Shown piece by piece: positions 20,201-30,183 of a stretch of DNA of 64,000 nt. The notes beneath the pieces are model-generated. The model did no database searches. It was not told where the DNA came from and saw nothing but the letters and a program-made list of their open reading frames with translations. How positions within the stretch are numbered: position 1 is the first letter of the stretch; the number at the start of each line of letters is the position of its first letter. Made by a program: the position numbers and the translations under genes. This stretch comes from a virus (taxonomy: Duplodnaviria; Caudoviricetes): the IMG/VR virus record IMGVR_UViG_3300033990_000391, positions 379 through 64,378 of that record; one strand, 5' to 3'.

Positions 20201-21897
20201 AGGGTCGGATCGCTCCGCCACACGCTGCGCTGCAAGCGCCCCTTTCATTCTTCGGGAAACCCGGCCCAACAGAGACCACACATGCTTCCGCGCATTCCAC
20301 ACGGGATACGGGAAGGTGACCTGCGCACCGGAATTACCCGGCACGGTGATGGTTTTGATGCCATCACGCCCTGTTCGACCAATCGGGATCTCCCGAAGTC
20401 CGAATACTTTTTGAATTTTGCCCGTAAACGGGTTCTTTGTGAACCGGTCAAAGGCCCTGCGTCCAATCGCTATCGCCGCGCCTTGATGCACGGTCAGTCC
20501 GTAGCGATTGGCGTAATTGATGCGGCCTAAAACCGATGTATAGGCCGGATTCACATGCATGAGTGCCACTCCATCTTTCTTTGCGCGGGACTGAATGGCG
20601 TCGTGAATCTTTTTATAGGACAGACTGGATAGCATCCGCGCGTAGCGCGCACCACTCATCTCAGTCAGTTGCGTTTTCTTTGGGGAAAAATCAAGTTTCT
20701 CAAGAACGAGCGACTTTTTAAGTCGTGCCGCACGATCTACGAGCGCGAGTGCCGCGGCCTCGATGATGGCCTGAGCCTGTTCCGTCGTCTTTCCGTAGGT
20801 GACGCAGGGAAGATTTCCTGTTTCCACGGGATTACCAAACCGGTCCAGTTCCGCCCACGCCAGATGATCTGCATTCAGGTCCACTGCCAGCACTCCCGCT
20901 TTCGCGTCAGTCGTGACGGCCACTTTTGGCTCATCAAAACTCACCAGCACGCGCCAGCCTTTATCATCCCGAATAAATCGCCATGACAGAGCGCTTAAAC
21001 CGTCAGGATAAAGGAAGTTGGAGTATGACCTGCCCGTCTTCAGTATTTTGGTCACTTTTGGTAGCTTCGTTTTCGTTATCCCAACGTGCGCCGATACTGC
21101 CGCGCGTAACTTTTCTTCCTGATAAGGGAACCGGACCGGTCCCAACGTCATCCACGATCCTCTACCCCCCGGCAATCGCAGGTTCAGCAGGAAAGATCCA
21201 TCTTCCCTAACGTGTGCGACACAACCCTGACAACCTGCCGTTTCGTTACGTGATCCCTGCACGAAAAACTGGTTGGAGCGCGCGGATTGCCAGTCAGTAC
21301 GCCATTCTTCATGACTGGCGTAGCCATTTTCCAGCAAATGATGCTGAGCGTTGAACAGCTTCCGTCCGCCGAAACACAGACCGGAAGCATAAGGTCTATG
21401 AGATTCATGAATCGTTCGGGATAGCCGTTCCAAAAGATTGACCAGCTTGCGATTTTTTTGATGCAGGCGGTTCTTCAACTTTTTAATGGATGACGCACAC
21501 TGCTTTTCGGCAATCGCTTTTGCAATCTTCTTTTCAATTTTAGGCAGAAGTTTACGGGTGACGGCAATCTTTCCACTCAGGATATTCTCCAGGTTCTTCA
21601 TGTTCTCTACACGGTTGTTCGCCAATCCTTCCACCTGCACGCGCACGGCATTGAATTGACGGGCGGTTATATTAAAATGGCGCTGATAGGAATTCCTGAA
21701 TGAAGGGGCATCGCGCCCCTCCCGCACCATGTCCGCCGCCAGATGATGGGCTACCCGATTGAATAGGTCCGCGTATGCAGATAAGGATGCATCCTGCTCT
21801 GGAGTAAGATTTTTGAGACGGGCGTGCAACGTCATCATACCGGACCCTCCGTAACGCAGTCCATTAAGTAATATAACATAAATCCCAATAAAGTTCC
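20039..21897 (-). mobile_element. Non-autonomous IS607-type tnpB element
   Basis: Only tnpB is present; right end reads ...TTTTGTGAACGG; tentative left end GG at 21896-21897; sits between two baseplate genes. Confidence 0.65.
20144..21838 (-). CDS. tnpB: TnpB-related RNA-guided nuclease (long clade without Zn finger)
   Basis: RuvC-I AVDLNADH, RuvC-II LVLEKLDF, VNPAYTS..G...GLTVHQGAAIAIGRR; FGGRKLF and GS.NETAG.Q motifs. Confidence 0.88.
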   Translation of the reverse strand: MMTLHARLKNLTPEQDASLSAYADLFNRVAHHLAADMVREGRDAPSFRNSYQRHFNITARQFNAVRVQVEGLANNRVENMKNLENILSGKIAVTRKLLPKIEKKIAKAIAEKQCASSIKKLKNRLHQKNRKLVNLLERLSRTIHESHRPYASGLCFGGRKLFNAQHHLLENGYASHEEWRTDWQSARSNQFFVQGSRNETAGCQGCVAHVREDGSFLLNLRLPGGRGSWMTLGPVRFPYQEEKLRAAVSAHVGITKTKLPKVTKILKTGRSYSNFLYPDGLSALSWRFIRDDKGWRVLVSFDEPKVAVTTDAKAGVLAVDLNADHLAWAELDRFGNPVETGNLPCVTYGKTTEQAQAIIEAAALALVDRAARLKKSLVLEKLDFSPKKTQLTEMSGARYARMLSSLSYKKIHDAIQSRAKKDGVALMHVNPAYTSVLGRINYANRYGLTVHQGAAIAIGRRAFDRFTKNPFTGKIQKVFGLREIPIGRTGRDGIKTITVPGNSGAQVTFPYPVWNARKHVWSLLGRVSRRMKGALAAQRVAERSDPPERKKAARLAEVPVVVAA

Positions 21898-21901
21898 ATG
21901 A

Positions 21902-22621
21902 TTATGTGAACATGCCTGCAATTCCGGTTCCATAGAGAGCGGTCAGGAATGAGATTCCATTACTCGCCGCAGTTGTCAGGTTTTCAAAGAACGGAGTGAC
22001 GAGAGACAATAACGCCAAATCTTCGTTGCTGAGATCGGGTTCGCTTACCGAGCGGATACCGACCAGATTAAGGTCATAAAATCCGATAATGGGACGGGTT
22101 TCATTACGCGCAAGATTTTGTGGACCCAATGGGACCACTTCATAGAAATCCCCGTTGTAATAATCATCCAGTTCGAGAATATAGGATTTTCTTCCCGTCT
22201 GGGAGGCGGAAACCTGCAAACCCGAATAAACCTCGATCATCCTGAACAAGATTTTGAGGGATTGAAATCCCGTATAGGCAAAAGCATCCAAATTATGAAG
22301 TTGATAACCGGTCGTTCCCTTGAAGGTCCAGACAGGAGGGGCCGTTCCATAAAGATCGACAATACGGTTCACCCCATTGTTTTTATCCCGTCCGGGAGTG
22401 TCGAAAAACGTGCTCAGGTTGACGATCTTTTTGGTATATCCCTGCGGACTGATCGGAAAGATATAAGACGATCCGGGAACGGGTTGATGATTGGCATCAT
22501 AAATAGCCAAACGAAAAATGGACGGTCCTCCCGTATTGGCCAGCGGATGGATCGTCATGAACGATTCCGGGATCGGAACAATTGGCGGAAGCAGAGGGAA
22601 AATAGGAGGAATAAAACTCAT
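21902..22621 (-). CDS. Baseplate/tail tube initiator-like protein
   Basis: FPISPQ.Y, GTTG, L.DYY motifs; ATGA overlap with the upstream gene. Confidence 0.6.
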   Translation of the reverse strand: MSFIPPIFPLLPPIVPIPESFMTIHPLANTGGPSIFRLAIYDANHQPVPGSSYIFPISPQGYTKKIVNLSTFFDTPGRDKNNGVNRIVDLYGTAPPVWTFKGTTGYQLHNLDAFAYTGFQSLKILFRMIEVYSGLQVSASQTGRKSYILELDDYYNGDFYEVVPLGPQNLARNETRPIIGFYDLNLVGIRSVSEPDLSNEDLALLSLVTPFFENLTTAASNGISFLTALYGTGIAGMFT

Positions 22622-24336
22622 GGCGTTACCGAAACCAGACCGCCGACCAACGATCCCGTCAGGATCAGTTCCGATCCGTTCCAATATCCTCCCGACAATC
22701 CAATGGGAACAGTCGATACCATAGGAGAAGGCGGAGTCAAGGAAACAATCTCTCCGGTAGAGTTATTAATTGCGCGATTGTCGGTCGTGAGTCCCCACAT
22801 GTCTGCTCCGGCTGCAACGAGAGAATCCATTCTTGCATTCAATACTCCGGTACTCCATGTCCACGACGTTCCGTTATAGATTCCGATATAACCGATCAAA
22901 ACCTGTTTGGCCAATCCTCCGCCGACATTGTGCATAAAAATGCTTGGACCGGAACTTTCCTGTACCAGAATAAAGGGCGGAGCATATTGAGTTTCCTGTA
23001 TGTTGGAAATCGTCGATCCTGAAATTGAATTCGGAACATTTTGTATTCCAAAGGCTGTTGCGTTTTGGACATTTACGCCATCTGCGGCGCTCGTTACCGG
23101 TACAGTGAATTTTGGCGTTCCGGAAAAAGTATCCGATACGGACAATCCTACTAGGGTATTTCCATTGGTTGCCCAGATCAGGGATTCTCCGTTTTGGGCA
23201 TCTGCAACAAGAGCGGTTGGAGCATAACCAAGAACCGTTGATCCGTTTGTGATCCACCCGTTTACGGAGCGTATCAGATAAGTAATTCCGTTTACGTTGG
23301 AATCACCGATCCATGCATTGATCCCGTCCGAAAACTCATAAATGCTGGTGGGGGATACTCCCGTTACTGCCGTTTCTACGGTCCAGGTTCCGTTCACGTT
23401 CGTTATTGGAACAATGCTGGAAGATGTGGCGATTAGGGCATAATCCCCTTGAATGGCTTGCCCGCCTGAAAATGACGTGATGGGACCAATAAGTTGTGTG
23501 GCAGACCAGATACTTCCGGGATTGGCGGGATATTGAGAGAAATCCGATGTGAAAACATAAACCGATCCACCGGTACAGGATGCAACCGCCATGGTTGAAG
23601 TCAGACTGGTGGCCATGGAGTTGGGGGTGTCCGCTAACGTGAGCGTGTAAGGAGTTCCCGTATAGGGAGAGATCAGCCAGTTCAAATCTTCCGTATCGGC
23701 GAGATACAAAATATGTTCGGGGGGACCGGGGACATAAGTTGCCATATAGGCCCCAGCATATGTGTTGTCTGTTTGTACAAACTGGCAGGCTCCCCCAACT
23801 AGATTTCCTCCTGTAGCAACTGCTATTGAAGAATAAAAATATCCCCCCGATCCGGGTGGAGCAGCCGCTAACGAAGACCACGCCGTTCCATTCCAACTCC
23901 ACAAAACATCATATCCCTTCACTACATAATCGGTTCCGTAAAGAACAATTCCCTTGAACGGTCCGTTTGCACCCTGTGTTGCAGTAGAGGTTCCATTCGT
24001 ATAATACAGATTACCATTTGAATCACATACGGTTCCGTCGGATGCAATTCCGGTGTAAATGTTTCCAACAGGTTTCTGGACGGTGGTATAAACTCCGGGA
24101 GCCGTAAAGGTTGCTACGATACCCTCGTGGGATAGAATGGATACCCCTGACGAGGTTAGAATTCCATCACAGAACCCACTCGCTCCGGGTATTTCGCTAG
24201 TAGTGAGCGTAGTTCCGTCCCACGCATAAACATTAGGACCATTCCAGTCCGCCAGATAGGTGTTCCCTGCATACGGGACGCATACCACAGAAGGTGGAAG
24301 TTGACCGGGAACGGTTTGCCAAGTAAAGCTGCTCAT
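22618..24336 (-). CDS. Beta-rich (propeller-like) baseplate/tail protein
   Basis: Repeated WDGT/WNGT/YNGT turns; located in the baseplate cluster. Confidence 0.65.
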   Translation of the reverse strand: MSSFTWQTVPGQLPPSVVCVPYAGNTYLADWNGPNVYAWDGTTLTTSEIPGASGFCDGILTSSGVSILSHEGIVATFTAPGVYTTVQKPVGNIYTGIASDGTVCDSNGNLYYTNGTSTATQGANGPFKGIVLYGTDYVVKGYDVLWSWNGTAWSSLAAAPPGSGGYFYSSIAVATGGNLVGGACQFVQTDNTYAGAYMATYVPGPPEHILYLADTEDLNWLISPYTGTPYTLTLADTPNSMATSLTSTMAVASCTGGSVYVFTSDFSQYPANPGSIWSATQLIGPITSFSGGQAIQGDYALIATSSSIVPITNVNGTWTVETAVTGVSPTSIYEFSDGINAWIGDSNVNGITYLIRSVNGWITNGSTVLGYAPTALVADAQNGESLIWATNGNTLVGLSVSDTFSGTPKFTVPVTSAADGVNVQNATAFGIQNVPNSISGSTISNIQETQYAPPFILVQESSGPSIFMHNVGGGLAKQVLIGYIGIYNGTSWTWSTGVLNARMDSLVAAGADMWGLTTDNRAINNSTGEIVSLTPPSPMVSTVPIGLSGGYWNGSELILTGSLVGGLVSVTP

Positions 24337-24351
24337 GACTATAACTGTACC

Positions 24352-25185
24352 TTACGGTGTAAAAGTTTCCAGATACGGTATGCTTACAGTAGAAGTGGTC
24401 CACGGGATGTCTGGGGGAGTGGTTGCCGCCCCCACAACAGCGTGAGTATGTGCATTGAAGGCTGCAATCAAAAGATTGTTACTGACCAGCAAATCATTGA
24501 CGGTTTGACCCAATTGCGTCAGACTGATATTACCGGATGTTCCGCAAGAAATTGATACGTCCCCGCTGGCTGATGCGGTGAGATTTCCGGTAACTGCGAT
24601 GACGGCATTTCCGTTGGGAAAAATCTGAATGTCCGTTCCGCTCGTGTGATGGAGATGGATATAGGGTGCCGGAACTGCCGGAACCCGTTCAGAATCCTTG
24701 AATTGTACCCGTTCCTGTTCTTGTGTTTGTGCATTGACAATGTGTCGGTAAACCGGGGGTTTGTCGGGAGATTGTCCGATGACAATCCACGTTCCGGTTC
24801 CATCCCCGGTTTCCGTGCTCGGATGTGACCAACAGACGTTTCCCTGACTATCTTGCAACCAATAGATGTTGGAAAAATAACTTTTATAGTTGAGAAAAGA
24901 ATCCAGTTCGGTTGGACCCGAAGTCAGGGCATCCATCATGGAGGGATGTATCGTGGCGATCCAGATTCCGTTGATGTCTACTCCGCCGGGGAAAAGAACC
25001 ACTCCCCACGAACCGACGGCAGGAAGCTCGTGTTGATTGACACGAACCGCATCTCCCCATTCCCGTCCCATCTGTACCGGAGTCATGATGGGCTGGTTCG
25101 ATGCGGGTAAAATTACATAGAGCGCGTTCATTTCCGGATCGTGTCGCCAGACCTGACAGATTTTCAGTCCTGCGATATTTGACAT
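24352..25185 (-). CDS. Baseplate central spike (gpV-like)
   Basis: LP.VG..G.V OB fold, beta-helix segment, C-terminal FNAHTH metal-binding tip. Confidence 0.85.
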   Translation of the reverse strand: MSNIAGLKICQVWRHDPEMNALYVILPASNQPIMTPVQMGREWGDAVRVNQHELPAVGSWGVVLFPGGVDINGIWIATIHPSMMDALTSGPTELDSFLNYKSYFSNIYWLQDSQGNVCWSHPSTETGDGTGTWIVIGQSPDKPPVYRHIVNAQTQEQERVQFKDSERVPAVPAPYIHLHHTSGTDIQIFPNGNAVIAVTGNLTASASGDVSISCGTSGNISLTQLGQTVNDLLVSNNLLIAAFNAHTHAVVGAATTPPDIPWTTSTVSIPYLETFTP

Positions 25186-26918
25186 CAGGATTTACCAGAA
25201 GTGGTGTAAAAATTACTGAACAAGGGTGGAAGCTGACCCAAAAACGTTTGGGTATTGAATTCGTTTGATGTAAAATACTTTAGTCCATTTGTGATGGTGC
25301 TGTTTTCTTTAAGAATTCCGTTTTGGCGATCGGTTAGACCCCGATGCAGGGCGATCATCAGATTTTCGTTTGCATAATCCGATAACAGCAATCCTCGGGA
25401 TAATTGCAGGGTAGTTGACGAACGCTCCCCAAAAACAAAGTCATGTGAAATACCCTCGATATAAAAAGCATATTTTCCAGATGGATCGGATGAATTTGTC
25501 GTCGTGACTTTGAACGGATCGAATTCAAAACGGTTTCCGGGAACGATGTCGGGACGAAGCGGCATGGTGACCGTTCCTGACAGCATGTGGGGCGTAGGTT
25601 CGTAATAGGACGCCAATCTCCCAAGTATTTCCTGAAACAGCAAAAGAAGTTGTGAAGTGGATCCGACAGGCGGAAGCTGCTGATTGGCCACCGCCACCAC
25701 TCCGCGTTTGCCGTCTACGAACCACAATGTATTCATAACCTCAGGGCGATACCCGTATTTTTCAATCGAATGGCCATCCATCATGATCCCGAAAGTCATG
25801 GCTGCTGAAGTCAACAACGTGTTTTGTAATCCTAACAGTCCCTGTGCGGTTGCAGATTCTACTACATAGAGATTTCTGACTTCGGTCAATCCATATCCCA
25901 GATTGGTCTCGAAAAACCCGAGATTTTCAGGAGAAAATCTCCACAGATCCTGATTCCAGCGTGTAGCATCCCACGTCCACGAAGAATTTGAAGAATTGTA
26001 ATAGGTATAGGGTAAAGGATTGACCCGTGCGACAAATGCAGGCGGAGCGGCTTGATAGATGTCGGATGTTTTTCCGATGCCGGAAATGGATTGCGTAACA
26101 TTGGAATAAGAGACGTAACTTGTAGATTGCGAAAAATTCGCATAGGGACGATTTTTGTTTCCGGTGATCGGGTGTGAAAAGTTTCCTACTGGAGCGTTCA
26201 ACAAAAGAAGCTCATAAAACGGGAAGGGGAAAATGTCATAAAACTTGCCCCACCAACTGCCCTGTTCCAATAGAAAATTGAGATAAATCGGGATGAACGC
26301 CGGAGAAGTTATATAGGATTGAAAATGGACGGCCAGAATATCCGATAGACTAACAGTCTTTCCATTTCCCAAATTGAACTGGACGACTGACAATAATCCG
26401 GTTTTACCTCCCAGAACCTCGTTATACCACGCGTTTCCAGCTTGTGCGGGTGAGTACTTTTGTGCGGCCCCTATAGCAAGTCCTCCCACCTGTCCCAATT
26501 GCGCGCTGACCAATCCGAAAGCCGAAAGCGTATAGTATTGTTCGCGCACGAAAAAATACATGAAGTCCATACCGGATATTTGGGTGGTTCGCCGTACATT
26601 GTTTCCGGGATTCCAAATCTCGGTCTGTGTGGTTTCCGTTACCAGACCCACCATTACGGTTTGCGCGTGCCGGTCACGGGCCATGTCGATGATACAGAGC
26701 GACATAGGAGTAATGACTCGATCCCACGTTTGGGGATCATTCGTTCCGCCGGGACCGCCCGGAGCTAGAACAATGTTGAATTTACCACCGCTAATATCTT
26801 TGAGCGACTTGGATACCGAACAGCGGAGCACTTGTGATGTCGAGCCGTCAAGAACAAATTCTCCGCCTGAAAACGGATAGATACGAATACGAATGCGGGG
26901 AGTGGCTAAGTTAGACAT
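25185..26918 (-). CDS. Baseplate hub protein
   Basis: SIEKYGYR, SGTVT..RPDI.PG, YIEGISH.F, TTLQLSRG; follows the tape measure gene. Confidence 0.8.
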   Translation of the reverse strand: MSNLATPRIRIRIYPFSGGEFVLDGSTSQVLRCSVSKSLKDISGGKFNIVLAPGGPGGTNDPQTWDRVITPMSLCIIDMARDRHAQTVMVGLVTETTQTEIWNPGNNVRRTTQISGMDFMYFFVREQYYTLSAFGLVSAQLGQVGGLAIGAAQKYSPAQAGNAWYNEVLGGKTGLLSVVQFNLGNGKTVSLSDILAVHFQSYITSPAFIPIYLNFLLEQGSWWGKFYDIFPFPFYELLLLNAPVGNFSHPITGNKNRPYANFSQSTSYVSYSNVTQSISGIGKTSDIYQAAPPAFVARVNPLPYTYYNSSNSSWTWDATRWNQDLWRFSPENLGFFETNLGYGLTEVRNLYVVESATAQGLLGLQNTLLTSAAMTFGIMMDGHSIEKYGYRPEVMNTLWFVDGKRGVVAVANQQLPPVGSTSQLLLLFQEILGRLASYYEPTPHMLSGTVTMPLRPDIVPGNRFEFDPFKVTTTNSSDPSGKYAFYIEGISHDFVFGERSSTTLQLSRGLLLSDYANENLMIALHRGLTDRQNGILKENSTITNGLKYFTSNEFNTQTFLGQLPPLFSNFYTTSGKS

Positions 26919-26924
26919 ATTGGG

Positions 26925-28931
26925 CTACTTGGTACTATTGTAAAATGGATCTAACATTCCATGTGCAAAGTAATTATGCCAATATCCCGCGGTATTCGGA
27001 GAAGTCGAGTATTTTGTTTTATCAAGCAGGTTTTTAAAAGCTTTCGCCAATTCGTCAACTGTTGGGATCAGATCATCTAGAATTACCTTGTTTGCAAATT
27101 CCAATGTTGGACCAAAGATTTGTAGGGCCTTATAAGATATTTCCAGACCCAAAGCTGCCTTTTCTGCTGTCAGTCTTTGAGCTTTTCCGACCTGTCCCGC
27201 CAAGCTCTTCTTGTATATCTTTAGATCTTCCAATGGAGCTACTTTGTTGGTAGATAACATGGCCAGGGCAGCAGTCAGAGGGATATTTGCCAACTTGGAT
27301 ACTAATAGGGGTACTAAACCCTTGGATAGACCAAAAGATTTTGATTCCGATAAGACAAGTTTCGTTAGTGCCTGCGGATCTCCTTTGAATGCTGTCATAA
27401 GATATAAATAAGAAGACAGAGGGAATCCTCCACGTATCATTTTATCAATGTCTGTTTTATATAGTGGATCATGGGAGAATACTTTGTTTAGAAACTTTAC
27501 GGACCCCTTCCCCATGTATTTATGTACGTTTGCCATCATTCCGCCAAAAGAACTCACGCCTCCGAACAGGAGTCCTTCACCGAGTGTCATCTGTACGGCA
27601 TTGGGATTGGATGCCATGCGTTGCAGACCGGAATATATCTGATTTTGCAAACTTCCTGTACGCGCACCGGGACCCCCGTGTTTTAGAAAAGATGCTGCAA
27701 ATTTATAAAGTCCCAATTCATTTATTCCGGGCGCATTGCTGCTTACAGCGCTTCCGAACACACTCATAAAGGCTGGTGCCGCAATTCCAGGACTGACCCC
27801 CCTTTTACCGAATGCCGTTGTAATTGCCACCAGAATTTTGCCCGCAGTCATGGCTTGTGTATGGCCGATTCCCACCAGCTTTTGCATCATTCCCGCAATC
27901 TCGGTGGTTGGCAGACCTCCCAAATACTTGGTTCGTCCCAGGGTTGCCAATAGATGCATGGGCACTTTATTTCCTGGAACGCCATATGCACCTTCAATCG
28001 CTAGAAGTTCCTGCGGGGAATATCCCAGAGGATGATAAAATTTATTTACCTTTGCACTTTTTCCGGACAAGTTAAGGGGAGCAAGTACCGTATGTCCTCC
28101 CATACCGAGCAAACGGGAAACTTGGCTTGCCGCAATTAGGGTATTCATGGCGGGGGTAATCATTCGGTATGCCCCGCGATAACCCTTGACCAACTTACCA
28201 ACTGCAAAAGCTCCGATTGCACCAACCGCGAATACCGGATCTATTAATGAAAGAGCGGCTAAATCCTCTACATCACCCAAAATAGATCCGATTCCGCCCA
28301 AAAATTTATATCCCCGCCTTCGGGAACTGGCTGTAGCCGCTGCACTACCCTTTCCCCCCGGCTTGGCTGTAGTCGCCGCACTACCCTTTCCCCCCGGCTT
28401 GGTTCCAGTATTCTTTTTTAGTGCCGACAGGATTTGTTCGAGGACTTTTAACTGTTTTCCTGGTACTCCGTTCCCGCCTCCTAGTTCTGCTCCGACCATT
28501 TTTTCACGAGTTTGTAAAAATCGCAATGCTCCTGTCTTTTCCTGTCCGAAATACTGTGACAGTTTGGACAGATGTCCGGATTCAGATACGCCATACATCC
28601 CGCGTTCATAGAGTTTGTAGGCGGAAGAAATGTTCCCGGATCTGAACGCCTGACGGGATGCATTCAAATCTTTTGCGGCTCTATTGACTATGGATACCTG
28701 TAGATCTTCAAACTTCTTATGGCCCGAATCTGCTTTGGGGGAACGCACGGACTTTTGTTTACCCGTTGGGATAAAATTGGTTGCTTGGGGAAACTGGTTG
28801 TTGAGCATTACATCGAAAATCTGCGCATTCTGCAAATTGGGATTGCGCAGGAATTTTCGCCACATTTTTTCCAGATCCCCTTCTTGAGGTCCGGAGATGT
28901 TTTTTCCTGTGATGCGAATGTTGTCGGCCAT
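26925..28931 (-). CDS. Tape measure protein
   Basis: Long Gly/Ala-rich helical protein directly after the chaperones. Confidence 0.7.
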   Translation of the reverse strand: MADNIRITGKNISGPQEGDLEKMWRKFLRNPNLQNAQIFDVMLNNQFPQATNFIPTGKQKSVRSPKADSGHKKFEDLQVSIVNRAAKDLNASRQAFRSGNISSAYKLYERGMYGVSESGHLSKLSQYFGQEKTGALRFLQTREKMVGAELGGGNGVPGKQLKVLEQILSALKKNTGTKPGGKGSAATTAKPGGKGSAAATASSRRRGYKFLGGIGSILGDVEDLAALSLIDPVFAVGAIGAFAVGKLVKGYRGAYRMITPAMNTLIAASQVSRLLGMGGHTVLAPLNLSGKSAKVNKFYHPLGYSPQELLAIEGAYGVPGNKVPMHLLATLGRTKYLGGLPTTEIAGMMQKLVGIGHTQAMTAGKILVAITTAFGKRGVSPGIAAPAFMSVFGSAVSSNAPGINELGLYKFAASFLKHGGPGARTGSLQNQIYSGLQRMASNPNAVQMTLGEGLLFGGVSSFGGMMANVHKYMGKGSVKFLNKVFSHDPLYKTDIDKMIRGGFPLSSYLYLMTAFKGDPQALTKLVLSESKSFGLSKGLVPLLVSKLANIPLTAALAMLSTNKVAPLEDLKIYKKSLAGQVGKAQRLTAEKAALGLEISYKALQIFGPTLEFANKVILDDLIPTVDELAKAFKNLLDKTKYSTSPNTAGYWHNYFAHGMLDPFYNSTK

Positions 28932-28940
28932 TGAAATAGT

Positions 28941-29282
28941 TTATCTGTTGTTCTTTTGTTTTCCAGCAACCGCGCGTCGGATGTGTTCCAGCGTATCCGC
29001 TATTTTTTTGGATATAAAGTCGTGGGGACGTTTCTCGTACTTTTCGCGTTCCGTACCTTCCAGTCCGTCCGCCCACTGGATCAGACGGGATGCAGAAGTG
29101 CCAGTATCCGCCGAATTGTATTTTACTTCTTCTGGATGATCTTTGGCATACATCCAAAAGATATACTCGATCTGAATGTCGGTCAGATTCAGAACTTCGT
29201 CAGAAAACGGCGAATGGTTCAGTATCCGGGATACTTGCCAGAGGCGTTCCAGTCGGGGGTCATTCTGCTGGGGGACTGCGAA
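28941..29282 (-). CDS. Tail assembly chaperone, downstream frame (probably reached by frameshift)
   Basis: Overlaps the end of the upstream chaperone in the +1 frame; no good independent start. Confidence 0.6.
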   Translation of the reverse strand, partial: FAVPQQNDPRLERLWQVSRILNHSPFSDEVLNLTDIQIEYIFWMYAKDHPEEVKYNSADTGTSASRLIQWADGLEGTEREKYEKRPHDFISKKIADTLEHIRRAVAGKQKNNR

Positions 29283-29631
29283 ATCGTAACAGTTCGGCCA
29301 GGAACTCCGCACAGACTTCGGTAGACGGAACGTCATCCCTCCATCTGCTCGGATCAATCCTGGGCGAACCGTCCTCCGCCGAAGCGGTCAAAACCCAATC
29401 GTTATCGCCACTAACGTAAAGCACGTGAAATATGGCCATCGAACGATAGAGTCCATAAGTATAGAGATCAAGATTGTCAAGTCCGGTCGTCGCGCCAGCG
29501 GGGAGATCTTGCAACATCATCGAAGCGGTCAGTGCTCCGATTTTGGCATTGTCCCGCTGTGAAGGAATCCTGAAAACATAGGTTTTTCCTTCGTGTTTGA
29601 CGGTAATTTCAGTCTGTAGGGGATCAGTCAA
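29260..29631 (-). CDS. Tail assembly chaperone
   Basis: Between tube and tape measure; AAGGAG RBS; ends ...FR near the overlap. Confidence 0.75.
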   Translation of the reverse strand: MTDPLQTEITVKHEGKTYVFRIPSQRDNAKIGALTASMMLQDLPAGATTGLDNLDLYTYGLYRSMAIFHVLYVSGDNDWVLTASAEDGSPRIDPSRWRDDVPSTEVCAEFLAELLRFRSPPAE

Positions 29632-29696
29632 GATAATGACTCCTTAATAACCAGATAAGGATATTGTATTATTAAACCCGATCAAGTTCCAGTCGG

Positions 29697-30179
29697 TTAT
29701 CCGATTATCGTCTGAATGGCGTTATTGAGAGAGTTGAAGACCGAAACACCGTTCGCATCCAGAACATCGATCGCCTGAAAAGTGATGGATTCGGTGATCG
29801 CCTGGTTGGTAGGTACGGAATGGGAATAGTTATCGGCCACTGCCCCGACATAAGTACGAAAGGTCGCTCCGGAAGCATCTAAAAGATGCATGTCGAAACT
29901 GTTGTTGTTCAAAACTGTCAGCCAGTCAGTGGGGTTATTCAACAGTTGTCGTCCCTGTTTGGTCAGGGATAGAAAATCAAGCGTGATACTGGGAGATACC
30001 TTTAGCTGTTGAATTTCCTGCGGTTTGGCTGTTCCGATTCCGTAAAACGAATCCGTTCCGAAAGCCACGGAATCGGTCAGGGTTTGTCCAAACCCGATTG
30101 TAGCCGTTCCAAGAGTGACCCTAACGTCGTTCGCATTTCTAATGTTGTATTTTAATGTGGAGGCATCAATGTTCGGCAT
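29697..30179 (-). CDS. Tail tube protein
   Basis: IG..Q...FGT...Y.IG...PQE motif; follows the sheath gene. Confidence 0.85.
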   Translation of the reverse strand: MPNIDASTLKYNIRNANDVRVTLGTATIGFGQTLTDSVAFGTDSFYGIGTAKPQEIQQLKVSPSITLDFLSLTKQGRQLLNNPTDWLTVLNNNSFDMHLLDASGATFRTYVGAVADNYSHSVPTNQAITESITFQAIDVLDANGVSVFNSLNNAIQTIIG

Positions 30180-30183
30180 GGCA

